Origin: Squalus acanthias
Taxonomy: Eukaryota
Assembly (NCBI GenBank): GCA_030390025.1
Contig: CM059432.1
Coordinates: forward strand, 125,738,001 to 125,802,000
DNA: 64,000 bases
Direction of reading: 5' to 3'
Positions 63,705-64,000 of this stretch are shown in pieces. The position numbers were made by a program, and so were the translations under genes. The notes beneath the pieces are model-generated. The model saw only the letters and a program-made list of their open reading frames with translations. It was not told where the DNA came from and made no database searches. Each line of letters starts with the position of its first letter. Position 1 is the first letter of the stretch.

Positions 63705-64000
63705 GGGGGAAAAATTCAGTGTCGCCCCGTTTAGGGTGCAATTATCAGCCGGGCGCAAAGATTAGCGCCTGGCGCTAATTATCGCCTCCGACTGCAAACT
63801 TAACTTTTATCGCCCCTGGAGGTGATTGGAGCGCTAAATCAGGCGCTACACATCTGTCTTAAGGCGCAAAGGCCGAGGAGCGAGGCGCTAACTCAGAGCG
63901 CTGGCGAAGCTCATGTAATGTCAGTCAGCAATGGAACACAGACACAATGGCCCCGGCCAGTTCTTAAAGGGGAGGGTTGATCTTGCTTTCCATCCACATC
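63705..64000 (-). mobile_element. Harbinger element family B copy 2; runs off the window
   Basis: GGGGGAAAAATTCAGT terminus; reverse complement of about 47368-47655. Confidence 0.88.

Overview
Vertebrate genomic DNA, very likely a shark or other cartilaginous fish, inferred from HE1/V-SINE-like, Deu-SINE-like and esterase-bearing CR1 elements. The first ~2 kb holds the 5' end of a 14-3-3 beta (YWHAB)-like gene on the minus strand: first coding exon, non-coding exon 1 and a CpG-island promoter with a CRE. The other ~62 kb upstream is almost all repeats. These are nested and decayed CR1 and L2 LINEs, tRNA-derived SINEs, a Gypsy pol remnant, a 500-N gap, a ~21-kb 29-bp satellite with higher-order structure, and about eight PIF/Harbinger-type TIR elements. 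One of these carries the two-gene (DDE transposase + Myb/SANT) cassette. The most unusual item is a 206-bp Penelope-like insertion in that transposase pseudogene. It is flanked by a 13-bp TSD and contains a 166-bp palindrome whose arms each carry a minimal hammerhead-ribozyme motif, one with an intact core and one with a G5A change. Family names come from recalled motifs, not database searches.
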